A stretch of DNA of 64,000 nucleotides from positions 310,001-374,000 of the forward strand of contig OZ287071.1 of NCBI GenBank assembly GCA_965645245.1, in the 5' to 3' direction. Source of the stretch: Massalongia carnosa. Taxonomy: Eukaryota. Under the pieces are notes generated by a model, which was given only the letters and a program-made list of their open reading frames with translations, made no database searches and was not told the DNA's origin. The translations under genes were made by a program, and so were the position numbers. The stretch's first letter is position 1. Each line of letters opens with the position of its first letter. Positions 48,517 to 61,115 of this stretch are shown here, in pieces.

Positions 48517-50173
48517 TCATGTAGGTTTTGATGAAGGCTCGGACGATTTGCTGCGCGAATGGAACCCATGGTGATGAGGTGATGCGCCAGGTTCGTCCTT
48601 TTTGACCTCATCTTTCTTGGTCTTCTTCGTGTCCTTCTTCTCTTCTTTTTTGTCTTCCTTGCCGTCCTTACCTTTCTTGACCGCAGCTTCCGCCATGAGT
48701 TGTTCGAATGCCATATAGTCTCCCTCTTCATCTGGATCACGTTGAGCCTGGCCATAATTAGTACGTTGGGATTCTCGTCATTGCGTATTGGTGCTAGCAA
48801 GTACTCACATTTTGGTAAATGGTGCCCGATAGTACCAACGCCTGCGCTCGCTCCACCCGCTTCTCGAGTTTTACGTTCTTGTCATTCAGAACCTTGTCGC
48901 ATACGTCGCGAAGTACACTTTGAATTTCAAATCTGCTGCCTTTCCATGCTGCAGCAAGGATTTTCCCCGTTACCCGCTTCTCGTATTCTGCCTTCTTCTC
49001 ATCGGTCCAATCTTCGCCGCCCTTCTCCTCCATCTTGGCCATTTCCTCCATAGTCAGCTGTGCATCGATGGCCGTTGAGATAGTATTCCATGTGTCCTTT
49101 GCTAGCGTGCCTTTATCTTTGAGCCGCGAAAAGAATCCTGAGATCCCTAGAAACTTCTGTGATTTAAGAAATGAAGTAGCTTTCTGAAGATAGGTGCTAC
49201 CAATAGCATGCAGGATTTCTAAACCAAAAGATTCCATTTTCAGATTCTCTACTTCTAACCTAGTCTTTTCCTGGAATGCTTTCGTCACATCATGTCCCTT
49301 GTCCGTTTCTGTCCATATGCTGATACGGTCCAGTAATTTCTTAGCCAAAGTATCTACTCGTTCGTCCCTTATTCGTTTCCTTTCGGCTTCGTATGCGGCC
49401 AGCTCTTCGCGCTGCTCTCGCGTAAGACCTCTTTTCTTCTCTTTCCTCCGCAATTCCTTTTCCTCAGCTGTCAAGCCAGCAGCATCCATGCGTGCGTCTT
49501 CCTCTGACTTGTCCATAATGGCATGCTGAGCAAAGTTCCTCCGCGGTGTAGATGCGCCAGATGCTGGTGAGGGACTGTCACTCGTCGGCGGTTTGAGATC
49601 GGCGTTCTTTAAATCCGCTCGCTTATCAGTGTGAGACCGTCTCGAGTCGGCTGTGGTATCGATATAAGGTGGGGGTGGATCATCGGACGACGCCGTAGGC
49701 TGGGAAGTTGCTGCCGTATGATGTGAAGTTGTATCAGCACCTTTGCTTGAGGACCCTTTTTCATTTGTATTTGTGTTATCATCTACCAGTTTGGCAAGAT
49801 CCTCTTCTGCCATCTGTTTTGCTGTGATATCCATTGTTTTAGTTAAGTCCTTCATTAGTGACAGCTCCCCGATCAGGTCCATGAAGGCTTCTCCGCCAAA
49901 TATCATTCCAAAGAACTCTGCAGGATCTTCAAAGCCGCCACCCGGCATAGCTTCTTGTTTCCCAAACTGGTCATATCTCTTTCGTAGGTCTTCATTACTC
50001 AAAACTTGATATGCTTCACCTATGGCCTGAAAGCGAGCATGTGCGGTCTCATCGCCCGGGTTCTTGTCGGGATGTGTAGTGATGGCGAGTTTCTTGTATG
50101 CTTTCTTGATTTGTAGCTCTGTGGCATTAGGTGGCACCGCAAGCGCATCATAGTAGGTCCTGTCAACCACCAT
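48517..50173 (-). CDS. DJP1: J-domain co-chaperone with DnaJ-X domain (Djp1/Caj1 family); 2 exons
   Basis: 'YYDAL.V...ATELQIKKAYKKLA...HPDKNP', 'LKMESFGLEILHAIG..Y', 'GKILAAAWKGSRFEIQSVLRDVCDKVL'; last exon 'AQRDPDEEGDYMAFEQLMAEA'. Confidence 0.88.
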
Positions 50174-50634
50174 GATCACGAGATGTTCTCAAGGATATGA
50201 GAATGCCTTACAATCAGAGCTCATAGCCAGAAGGAGCTCATATTAGGGCACAAAAAACTCTAAGTGCAACGTGTCTGCGGTGGAGACAGTGTGCGGAGTA
50301 AATGCTGGATAAAAGGTGAAGAAGATGTACCTATTGAATTCATCATCGTTGCCTTGCGCCTGAGAATCTTTTACCAACCAATTATTATGTTTTTCCGCTC
50401 CGTCCGGAGCTCTAGCCGAAAATCCCGAGTCTGTCACGGTTGATCATTTTAAGAACCAAATGACGGATGAATTTGCCCATCGAATCAGCGCCGATCTCCT
50501 GTTTGCGTCAATTGACTTTTTCTTTACGAATTCGATTCTACTCAAGTTGACAGTCTTTAACACATCCCTAATGTTTACTTGAACGGGTGATTGCTGACAA
50601 CTCTAAATCGAGGTTTGAGTTAAGAAGCTCCAAG

Positions 50635-52298
50635 ATGCGTGTTACGGACGTTCTTTACTACGCCTTACATTATCAAGAGCTAAGATCCATCATTCAATGG
50701 TACGTTAGTGTTCAAGTTCTAAAGTCTTGGTGAACCATCACTTACAATGGTGCAGGAAGGTATGGCACACTTCGGTGCATGAGCGGGACGAAGAGAAGGA
50801 AGCACAATCGCTGAAAGTGTGCTTTGAGTTTCTCGAGAAGACAAGTCGCAGTTTCAGTGCCGTTATCCTAGAATTACACCCCGAATTGCTTGTGCCAATC
50901 GCATTATTTTACTTGATCCTGAGAGGACTGGATACCATCGAAGATGATATGACCATCCCTCTTGAACAGAAAGATCCGTTGTTGAGAAAATTTCATACCT
51001 TCATTACCGAAGAAGGTTGGAGCTTCGACGGCAACGGCCCATACGAGAAAGATCGGAACCTGCTGGTCAGATTCCATTATGTGGTGGAGGAGTTCAGAAA
51101 GGTAAAACCAGCATACCAAGAAACCATTAAAGATATCACCCGGAAGATGGGCAATGGCATGGCGGATTACGCCAAAAATGCAGAGCACAATGCCAATGGC
51201 GTTAACACGATCAAGGACTACGATCTTTATTGTTACTACGTTGCGGGCTTGGTTGGAAATGGTTTAACACAATTATTTGTGGAGAGTGGTCTTGCAAATC
51301 CAGCTTTGCTTGACCGACCGCATCTCCAGGAGTCGATGGGTCTTTTTCTTCAAAAGACCAATATTATCCGGGACGTTAAAGAGGACTTTGATGACAAGCG
51401 ACGATTCTGGCCAAAAGAGATCTGGTCAAAGCATGTGACCAACTTTGAGGATCTGTTCAAGCCAGAGAACCTGAATGCAGCTTTGGACTGTAGTTCTGAC
51501 ATGGTTCTAAACTCTCTCTCACACGCGGACGAATGTTTGTTCTATCTTGCTGGCCTCAAGGAACAATCTGTCTTTAACTTTGCGGCAATACCCCAATCAA
51601 TGGCAATCGCAACTCTTGACCTTGTGTTCAGAAATCCAGCAGTTTTCCAAAAGAACGTAAAGATTACCAAAGGTCAAGCATGTCAAATTATGGTTGAATC
51701 GACTCAGAATTTGAGGTTGGTTTGCGATGTCTTCCGACGATTCACCCGAAGAATTCATAAAAAGAATACACCGCGAGACCCTAATTTTCTCAAGATTAGT
51801 ATTGCTTGTGCCAAGGTTGGTTGATTGATTTCTTCTCCCTATCCTTTTATGCACGTTCTTACACTCTCATCAGGTCGAGCAATTCATTGAATCTATCTTC
51901 CCGTCTCAAGATCCAAAGTTGCTTTCACTAGGACAGCTCAGGCAAGACGAGTCACAGCAGGTCGTGCGAGATCCAGCAACTGAGGAAGCTCGAAAAGATA
52001 CGAGTAAGCCTGCAACATTGCACCCTCTTATTGAGAATATAGCTAACCCCGAACTCAGTTTTCATGCTGACGGCTGTAATGGGAACGCTCTTTACGTTGT
52101 CATGTCTCATGGTAAGCTTTCAATGATCGGGCAGTCTTCTTCTGCTACCGCTGATTGCACCTGCAGATTGGAATCGCGTATCTGTGTGGTGCTCGCTTTA
52201 ATATGCCATTCACCGATCTTACGCAGGGAAAGATCTCGCGTCTCTCTCAAGAGGCGGCGCAATCTTTGAAGCAAACTTATGACCGAAAAGAGCTTTAG
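50635..52298 (+). CDS. ERG9: Squalene synthase (farnesyl-diphosphate farnesyltransferase), about 5 exons
   Basis: '[12 protein letters not shown]', 'TSRSFSAVI', '[14 protein letters not shown]', '[13 protein letters not shown]', '[13 protein letters not shown]', '[15 protein letters not shown]', C-terminal membrane anchor then 'RKEL*'. Confidence 0.96.
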
Positions 52299-53441
52299 GG
52301 AAACCAAACTTACATACCTGTATTTGTGTCTGTGTCCTTGAGGCTTGTACAAAGTATTCATACTGCTCTTTCGAGAGACAGACCTGCTTGCCACTATGCT
52401 CTTGGCACCATTCAGCTTTCGTCTTGCTTCCCCTCATCTGCGGTCGCCGGCCTGTCTCTCCTATACTTCTCTTGCCACAGCACTGATGTCAAATTGCAAC
52501 TCAGCATCGTTTTATGGCTGCTGTTGTGCCGAAGAGGTGCTTAGATCGAATCGATGCGCAAAGTCAGCGATGACGCCGCGAGGTACTAATTCCAGTCTAG
52601 CCAGGCTTTTTCTGGCTTACCTTGCGGTTGTGGCATTACAAGTTGGGACTTGGACGCTCGGGATCATTCGCTTTGTTTGTTTGTTTCTTTCTTCACGATA
52701 CTCTGTTTCACATATTACAAAACAGTAGGAAAATCTTCGAGTATATGTCATGTAGATTCCGATCGATCCATTTGGAAGTATTTTGTACAGAGTACTTTAT
52801 CCACACGACGTATAGAGTACGAGTACAGCGTATATTACATTGTATAGTTGTTGAACATACGCAATTAAGCATGAAACATTACATCACATCACATCTTAAT
52901 GCTTCTGTACACTGCTTGTGCCTGTGCTCTATGCTCTTGTGGGCAGATGCATAAGAAGAACATAGCTGATGTGCAGCTGTTCAGCCACCGCCTCAGCCAA
53001 GAGCTAAAATAGAATACGGACTATTCGGTACAAGGTCACTTACTCGGTAATAAACTGATAAGTACAGAGTAACACGATAAGGGAGGGGCTCACGGCTTTT
53101 GCCCATCACATCAGCCCCTTCGTGGTTTGCCTTGCCTTACGAATAGAGACATACTTAAGTTACCTGATCCCAAGTGTTAGTGCCTGTCGTGTATACTGCT
53201 CCTCGTGCTGTGTTGAAAATCGTTGGTATCTTCATCAAAGTCCATCATTTTACTATTATATCGATTTCATATATTTCGCCAGTTGCTGGAGTTGAACTCA
53301 TACGCTAGCTTCCACATGTGAGACAGCCATCAACACATAATGGCCCGATCGTTTTGATCTCTAGGTGTGCATACTGCCATTTTCTTGTAAGAAACTTCAC
53401 GCATTCAGAAAACCCGTCGCCGTCACCATCAGTTTCTAATC

Positions 53442-55270
53442 ATGGCACACAGAGCCGAGATGCTCAACGATGTCGTGCCCTTGATCGCAGCCGCGAACGC
53501 ATGTTCCCAACCCATCACTAAGGCTTCAAAAGATCCGCCTTTGAAATTACTCCTCTTAGCCAGGCCGCGACCAAAGCATAGACCGGAGGATGACATCTCC
53601 GTGCACTCAAGCTCCCAAGCAGAGTCTCAGAATGCTGAAGACCCCCTTCCCAGGCAGGTGGCAAATACCTTCAAACACGCAGGACATCCACAAATAACGC
53701 TGAACCATCTACCGTTGGAGATACAAGATGGAATCATCGGCTTCATTCACGGAACCTTATCTTCTGCGGTATCAGATGGGGTACGAATTGGCAGCGGTAT
53801 TACGAATTGGAACAGAGTCATGCGGCATCCACGAAGAAAGCAGCTTTCCGATCTAGCCTTGGTGTCAAGGACCTGGAGAGGACTCGTGCAACAAAGACTC
53901 TATCGTCACAGTGAGTCGGCAGGGAAGTGGATTTTGCAAGGGTTAAGGCTGATTCCTTGAATGCAGTAAAAATCAAAGGGACTAAGGCGGAACTGGACAG
54001 TTGTGGTGATTGGTTTCTTACTCAAACCCATCTCCAGCAGTACGTACGACATTTAGAGGTTTGGGTACCGGTGTGGGAAATCCGGAGTGTGCGGCGTGAC
54101 GTCAAAAACCGTTTGGACCCAATGTCGAGCATCCTCCAAGCGCAATCGCCATCGCCCACCCCTCAATTCACTTGGATTCACGATAGTCTAGGCCGGACCG
54201 AAGAGTCTACCCTTTCCCAGGACTACCAGCTTGCTTCTCAAAACGCAACGATGGAAGAGATTTTTGGATGTGCAAGCGTCCTCTTTCCCAAGGTTTTTGC
54301 GCTCACAATCGAAGGAGGCCACTGCAAGAAGCCCCCAAGGATTCAGCATTTTCGCGAACTTAGAGCAGCGCCACCGAAAAACGCCTACGCATGGCGTGTT
54401 TTACAAAACAACAAAGCTGGACAGCTGCCAGAGCACCCAAACATCAGCACCTTAGTCCTTAAAGGTGCTTGGAACATTATACGTCAGGAGTCGGACTTTC
54501 ACATTCTCTCCTTCGCCCTCCCCAACCTCCGTGAATGGCACTGCACATATTCCAAACCCAAACCAGAAGCCTACCAAGCCATCTGTAGTGTCCTTCGATA
54601 CTTTCCAGCCACTATTGTCCACCTTAACATCTCCCTCGAAGGCCTTTACTCCAAAGAACCCCCCTCCACTGAAAAATGGCGCGAGATCTTTCCATCGTAC
54701 CACATTTGCTACGACCTCGGTCGCCTTTGCCCTCAGCTCGAAAGTCTTGCTTACACCGGCCGCGTCTGTCATTGCCTCTTCCACACCGCACGAACCGCCA
54801 GCGCTGGTTTTCGCATGGGTAACCGTCTTAAATCTGTGGATATCAACGTCCGCAACTGCTGTCGTACTGACCCATCATCAACGAGCGACGGCACCGGCAT
54901 TTGTAACTGGGAATTCATCCAATGCTTTAAAAAACTAGTTGAAGCTGGCGTCGCCGCGCTGTTAGCTTACGAGCAGCTCTCATTCCTACGCATTCGCTTC
55001 ATCGACCTCGATTCTCCCGCCCCACTCATGAACCCGTATTTTCACCTACAAGGTCTTGAGTGCTCGGGCATCTGGAATGAGGATATCTTGACCTTGCTTG
55101 GCACAGTGAGGCCGGGTGCCGGGTATAAGGATCTGTGTGAGGAATTAGGCACGACAGTTCGTAGCGGAACTAACGGGAACAACGGACGAGCGCTGCGGAC
55201 GCGGCCGAAGAGCATCAAGGTCTCGACTTATTTGCAGCACGCCGATTCGGCATGGGGAGCTCTCACTTAG
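53442..55270 (+). CDS. F-box-like / RNI-like domain protein (2 exons; intron approx. 53911-53967)
   Basis: 'LNHLPLEIQDGII', 'MRHPRRKQLSDLALVSRTWRGLVQQRLYRH|IKIKGT', and LRR-like 'TLVLKGAWNIIR', 'LPNLREWHCTY'. Confidence 0.75.
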
Positions 55271-56450
55271 GAGATAGAGTTTTAATTTTTTTGTACTTCA
55301 TACGTGATGTGATACCACTTCAAGTCAGTTAACCGGGAGATCCTACAACAAGTGAGAATAAACACATCTTTGGTTCCTCGAATAATATTTTCCATCTTGT
55401 CCCCGAAAGCCAACTATCATTTTTCGGAGGAGCCTTTCTTTCTCGGTTGTGGAAAAAAAAACATAAAGGCTCCGGGGTTTTATGGCTTATAGCGTGGACA
55501 TAGCGCGTAAACGAGTAAAGGCAGCATAGAAAGATTCCCCATGTTCTTTTTCTTTTTCTTTCATACGTTTCTCACATTTTGTATTATCTGGTGAGACATA
55601 GATTTAAGGGATGACAGCGAGACACCATACCATGCCCAGGAAAGGGGAAAGCTTGTGCTTCCTTCATGAGCTTCATTACTTTAGGTCTACTCTGTTCGGA
55701 TCGGTTGTGCACCTAGGCGTTGGTACGAACTCGCTTGGCGTTGAGTTGGCGCGTTGGCGGTCCTTAATCAGAGAGTGAGAAATGGGGGATATGAAAAGTT
55801 CAAGACCAGGGTAGGAAAGGAAGGGACAGGAAGGATGAAGCAGAGCAGGAAGGAAGTCATAATCGGCGAGCATCAATGTAAAAATAGCATAGGTAGCTCC
55901 GAATTTCGCAAATCAATCTCGTTTTCTTTTCGAGCTAGAATATTACTCAATCGAAACGCAAGGGGAAACAGACTGATAACTGATTGGTTTTAATCACGGA
56001 GCTAGATTTCTTCGATCACGGCTAATGTTCGCGACTGATCTTTTCCCACCTCGATCCAATATCAGCGGAACGGTGGTTTTATTCTAGGTATTTCAAGCAC
56101 TCAATGACCAAACACAATATCGAAAAGAAAAAGAAAAAGAAAAAGAAAGAGGGAGAACTAAAAAAAACCTTTGCCTAGAACTCGGTTCATTGAAAGAAAG
56201 CCATTTCATCACATTCCTCGTCGTCTTACTCTCTTTCCCCCGTTTTCGTTCTCCTCCTCAATATCTCTACCCCCCTACCCCCTCCCCCCAATTCTTCCTC
56301 CCCTTTTCAAAAGAACACAACAATAAACCCCAAACTCCAAAAGTCAGGGTTTGGGGGGGGGTGGATAGGAGGGAGGGATGAGAGTTTTTTTGCAATCTGG
56401 ATAGATCAGAGCTGTGTTGGGATGTACAGATTTATTCGCAAAGGTTCGCT

Positions 56451-56506
56451 GGGCGCTTTTTTACAGACGGGCGCTTTTTTACAGACGGGCGCTTTTTTAC
56501 AGACGG
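56451..56506 (+). repeat. Perfect 18-nt tandem repeat (GGGCGCTTTTTTACAGAC) x3
   Basis: Copies at 56451, 56469 and 56487. Confidence 0.95.
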
Positions 56507-56820
56507 TACGAGGAAGGAAGGGGGTGGATTTTTAGATTATCGGATTGGTTTGATCCGTAATACATAGAAAAGCAGAGGGATGGTTGACAAGGGAAGGGAA
56601 AGAATGGTGGGTTCAGAAACACTTATAAGCCTTCCTTCTATGCATAAGAAAATTACAATGGAGCACATTGGAGCGCGACTCAAGGTGAGGATTCCGCATG
56701 GGCACTAATTACCCAGACAGAAATACCATCATTTGGTTGTGTCTTACTCCCCCGTTCCCCGCTTCACTGACGCCTGTGAATCCCTCAAAACGCCTCAAAG
56801 AGAGTTCTACTCTACCGTCG

Positions 56821-59800
56821 CTATGCCGCAGGGCTGCTTCTCAATCTTCTCCCCCTGCCATTCCCATGTACGACGGCGTTCTCCCTCCCCTCCCCCCGAG
56901 CCCGATGCTTAAGTGGCAACTTGCTCTCCATGGTTGCGTGGCGTTTCAGCGGCGGAGGACCCATACCTGCTCCGGAGATCGCGGAGGAGTCCACAGCTGG
57001 ATCGGAGGAAAAGCCTGGTTTGGCGGTGATGGACGAGGAGAAGTTGGGGAGGAGGTCGGGGTCGCTGTGGCTGTGGCGGGCGAGAAGGTGAGGGGTGTTG
57101 GCTGTGATGTTCAGGTCTAGCTCACGGAGGCCCGGGGCGGTTGCTGCTGCTCCTGCTATTGTAGCCATTGTTGATGTTGACGTGGTGGATGGCTGGTTGA
57201 ATGGTTCTTCGTTCGAGAGGGACGAAGGAAGACTAGGGGCGTCAGTGTAGACCATAGATTTGCTGGGCGAAGGGGGGCGGGATGGGGATGCACTGGAAGG
57301 ATGAGGGCGAGAAAGCTTGGCGAGGAGCTTTTCATGGGGTTCGGTGCGCGGGAGCGTGGTGGGAAAGTCGTAGTGTATCTTATGAGGGGTTTCGCCTGTC
57401 GGAGCGTACTCTTTTAAGGGTGCGTTGGTGATATTCTCACGCAGGTTGGCAAGCGGAGCTTGAATGTTGGTCGTGAGAGGGGGGAGCATGGCTTGAATGG
57501 CGGCGCTTTGGGAGATGAAGTCATTCCCAAGGGTACCGATTCTGTCTCGACTGGAGGCGAAGTGATTGCTGCTGCTAGAATGGGATTCTCTGACGGCGGA
57601 AGCTAGGCTATGTAGCGATTGTACGTGCGTTTCGTGGTGAATATTGTTCTGGGAGCGCGCGCGCGTGACAAAATCATCTAGAGCTTGCATTTGGAAAGCC
57701 ATATCTTTCATCTGAGCGTCGACGATGCGAATTGTCTCTTCGTGCACAGATTGTGTGGTAGTCTGAATTGAGGTATTATGTTCATTGATAGCCTGGAGAT
57801 GCAAGTATTAGCAATAAAAATTCCTGGATAGGAACAAGCTGCGCTCACTGTCCAGTCTTTCTTCATCTTGCTCTTTAGTGTCTCTTTCGATTTCAAGACT
57901 TCCTCTACGAGCAAGCTTCCGTTTTGTAACCACAGGTCCATGTTTTCGTTGCATCGATCGTCGGCTGTCCGAAAATTTGAACTTGAGGCGGCAATGTCGT
58001 TCCGTATCGTGCTGATTTTAGACTCCCATCGAGAATCCTGCTTCTCCCCTGATTTAGTGATCAGTTCTGTAATCTGCAAAAGTATCTCACTACGATCTTT
58101 GGCAGCCTGTAACCGTTCATCGATTAAACAAGCGTCTAATCGAGCCGAGAATTCGGTTTCAGCAAAAATTGCAGCTTTGGCGGCTGATGAAGCCGATTTT
58201 CTGAGTTCCTCGGCCTCGATCCTCTGAGTGTTCAGATGCTTGACGAGCTCTTCGAATATGTTCTTAAACTCTCTCCCCAAAGAGCTATAAGAAGTGTGAA
58301 GCTAAAATTTGTTAGCCATCTTATTCTCTACAATCTTTGATTTGGCTTACTTGGGTGTGAAACCCCCCTAGCTCGTTAATGACCTCTGCTGAAATTCGTC
58401 CGGCTGCAACTGATAACCCATTCAGACCCTCACCAACCTTCTGCTTCACAACTTCACGCAAGACTTTGATCTCCTCGAGGATTTCATTCATTCCGTCTTT
58501 GGCCCCTGATGTCTGTTGGATGACTTCTTTTTCGGACACTTCAAACGATGAAACATGAGCATCGAGAAGGCTTCGCGTTGCATCAGCCTTTTGAATTTCC
58601 TCTTGCACGAAGTCCTGCATCCGGTGGGATAACTTGGAAACTAGCTCCCCTTGCTTTGCTTGATATTCAGTAAGTCGAGTCTCTATCAATTTCGTTACAT
58701 CAGTAACCTGCATTTGTGATGAGTGCCACCCAAGTCGATTAAACGCCTGTAGATCTGATTTCCGAGAAATTTTGGAGTGAAGTCCCATATTGTCAGCGAC
58801 TGTTTGTTCAAGCGTTGAGATGAGTTGTTCCCCAATATAATTCAGCTTTTCCTCGGTAGACTGATGAGCTTTCCGCAGTGCAGATTCTTCTGCCAGGTTT
58901 TGCCTTGCATGCTTTAGGACGAACTCAGTTTTCTCCAAGACATCTCTAGTATCATCAAGAATCTGCTTTGTGGACTCATGATCCTTTTTCATGCTATTGA
59001 AGTTGCTAGTCAAAGAAAAGAGCTCTTGCACTTTGTTTCTTAGGTTCGCCTCCATTGTCTCGATTTTCGCCTTCTGCTCTTCACTCAAAACTCTTCGTGA
59101 CTCGCTCTCCTCGGTTAATTCTTCATAACTCGCCGCGGTTAGGTATACCCCGTTCCGATGTCTTGTGGCCAAAAGCTCGCCTTTCAGCTTTTCAATCTCC
59201 GTTGTGAATTCTCGAAGAAGTGTTTTCTTTGATATCATCTGGTTGACTTGAGGCTTGTTTCTGATGTTTTTGGCTCGAAAAGCATAATCAAGCGTTGAAA
59301 TTGTCTCTTCCAAGTTACTCTTGGCCGGTGAAACCGTAGTGATAATGCAAGTCTTCGTTCGTCCACCCAAAGAGTCTTGTAAAAGCCGCGTGAGTTTTGA
59401 CTCTCTATGACGAGCCAAATATTAGATGAATCTTTATTGGAATACTAAAAAACATACCGATATGGAATATGTGATCCCCGCTCAACCAAAGCATTTATAA
59501 CTCTTCCAAGGGTCAGAAGGCTCTTATTAATGAGACCAGCTTCCGCAGCACGCTGTTTCTCCGCCCCGCTGCGCTGTATATTTTCGCTTCCTGCTAAATC
59601 TACCAAGTTCAGTTTTCCTGCGCTGACGAAGTCTTCCCCGTTCTCGGCTGTTCGTTTGATAAACACGGTTACCGTAAAAACGGTATGACTTCGAGAGCTT
59701 AGATCGTTACATTTAGTGGCCGCAACCTGACGCTTCTGGCTGCCATCCTGTAATAGCTTGATCCCAGCTCCCGCAGTTTTAATGTGTGATTCTTCCATGC

Positions 59801-60712
59801 CCTGGACAATCGTCGCACTATGGCCCTTCTTCTGACTATCCTCGAATATTTTTAACTTTGTGTTCTCTTCCGACGAGAGTAAATCTCTTAGTTCTTCATT
59901 GTAGAGTTCAATGAAAGAGCATTTAACGGAACTTTCAGCATCCTCTGCTTCGAGTTTGGAGAAGAGCGAATGCAGGACTCTGGGAATGATTCCAGCCGAG
60001 TCCGAGAGCAGCCCAAGCGTATCTGACATGTCTCCGGACATTGTGTATGTTTTACCTTGAGACTCTTGTCAGTAGTGTGTAGAACGAAAAAGAACTAGAA
60101 ACCTAGAGAGAGAGAGCTCTACCGGTCCCGGTCTGGCCATAGGCGAATATGGTACAATTATAACCTTGGAGCATCTATTGGAAAGTGGTTAGAGCTCGAC
60201 AGGGTGAGGTCCTCTTGTGCTCTTACCTCCTCCAGAATTGGAATCACAACATCTTCATAGATCATCGCTTGATCTGCAGCTGGAGAAAACACCTTATCGA
60301 AGTGATACGTTTTGTTACTTAAGGCACTTGGTCCCATTGACAGCTCTACAAGTTTCCCTTTCACCCCGTCTGTTGAAACTACCACGCCGCTGTTCTCTCT
60401 AACCTCACGGTCGTTGCGCCCCCGACATCGCACCACTACATGAATGTTTGTTTCTTCTCCATCTCCTTCAAATTCTCGTTCCTTACGTTTCGTACCCCCA
60501 CCGAGGCGGGATGTTGGTGAACCGGATCTAGAAGCCAAGTTCGATGTTGACGCGATGCTATCGGCTGGAGAAACTGTTCCTGAGAGCATACGCCCTTGTA
60601 AAGCGGGGGCGCTCAACTGACTCCTTGTTGTTGGAGGGCGCGACGTTGGCGGGCGCATTGAGTGCTGTCTCTTCATAGACAAGCTAGCCGGAGCTCTTGG
60701 TAAGCCGGCCAT
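56821..60712 (-). CDS. bimC: Kinesin-5 mitotic motor (BimC family), about 6 exons
   Basis: '[10 protein letters not shown]', spliced P-loop '[14 protein letters not shown]', 'NDLSSRSH', '[10 protein letters not shown]', '[19 protein letters not shown]', coiled-coil stalk, BimC box 'PTGETPHK'. Confidence 0.95.
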
Positions 60713-61115
60713 TATAATTGCAATAAAGCAAGATGCTGAGCGTGTGGGATAAGATGTTGGCTGCAAGTAAGAATGAAAACAATGGAAGTCGAGCTGTAAA
60801 CAAATGCGATTAGAGTTATGTTAGCCCTTATGCATGTTTATTACAGCGTAGTTCTTTGCATAATTTGCTTTAACGCTAACTAAAGGTCATTTCAAGATAT
60901 CCCGTGCTCGCATGGTTGCGCTTTTCCGCACCACCTGATCTGTCTCTCATCTACTCCATAGATCTATGAAGAGTCCCTCCTGACCTAAGCACGCCTCCAT
61001 TAACCCTTTTTATGCGCATTTGGATTCTCTCTTACTCTCTAATCTTCACCAAAGGCGAATTACATACAGTATGTTCGTATCCGAAAGGATTGCGACCAAG
61101 CCGCCATTTTGAAAT

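Noticed and set aside
50635..52298. Terpenoid biosynthetic gene cluster around squalene synthase
   Set aside because: Neighbours are DJP1, an F-box protein and kinesin-5, with no P450, cyclase, transferase or transporter. This is primary-metabolism ERG9.
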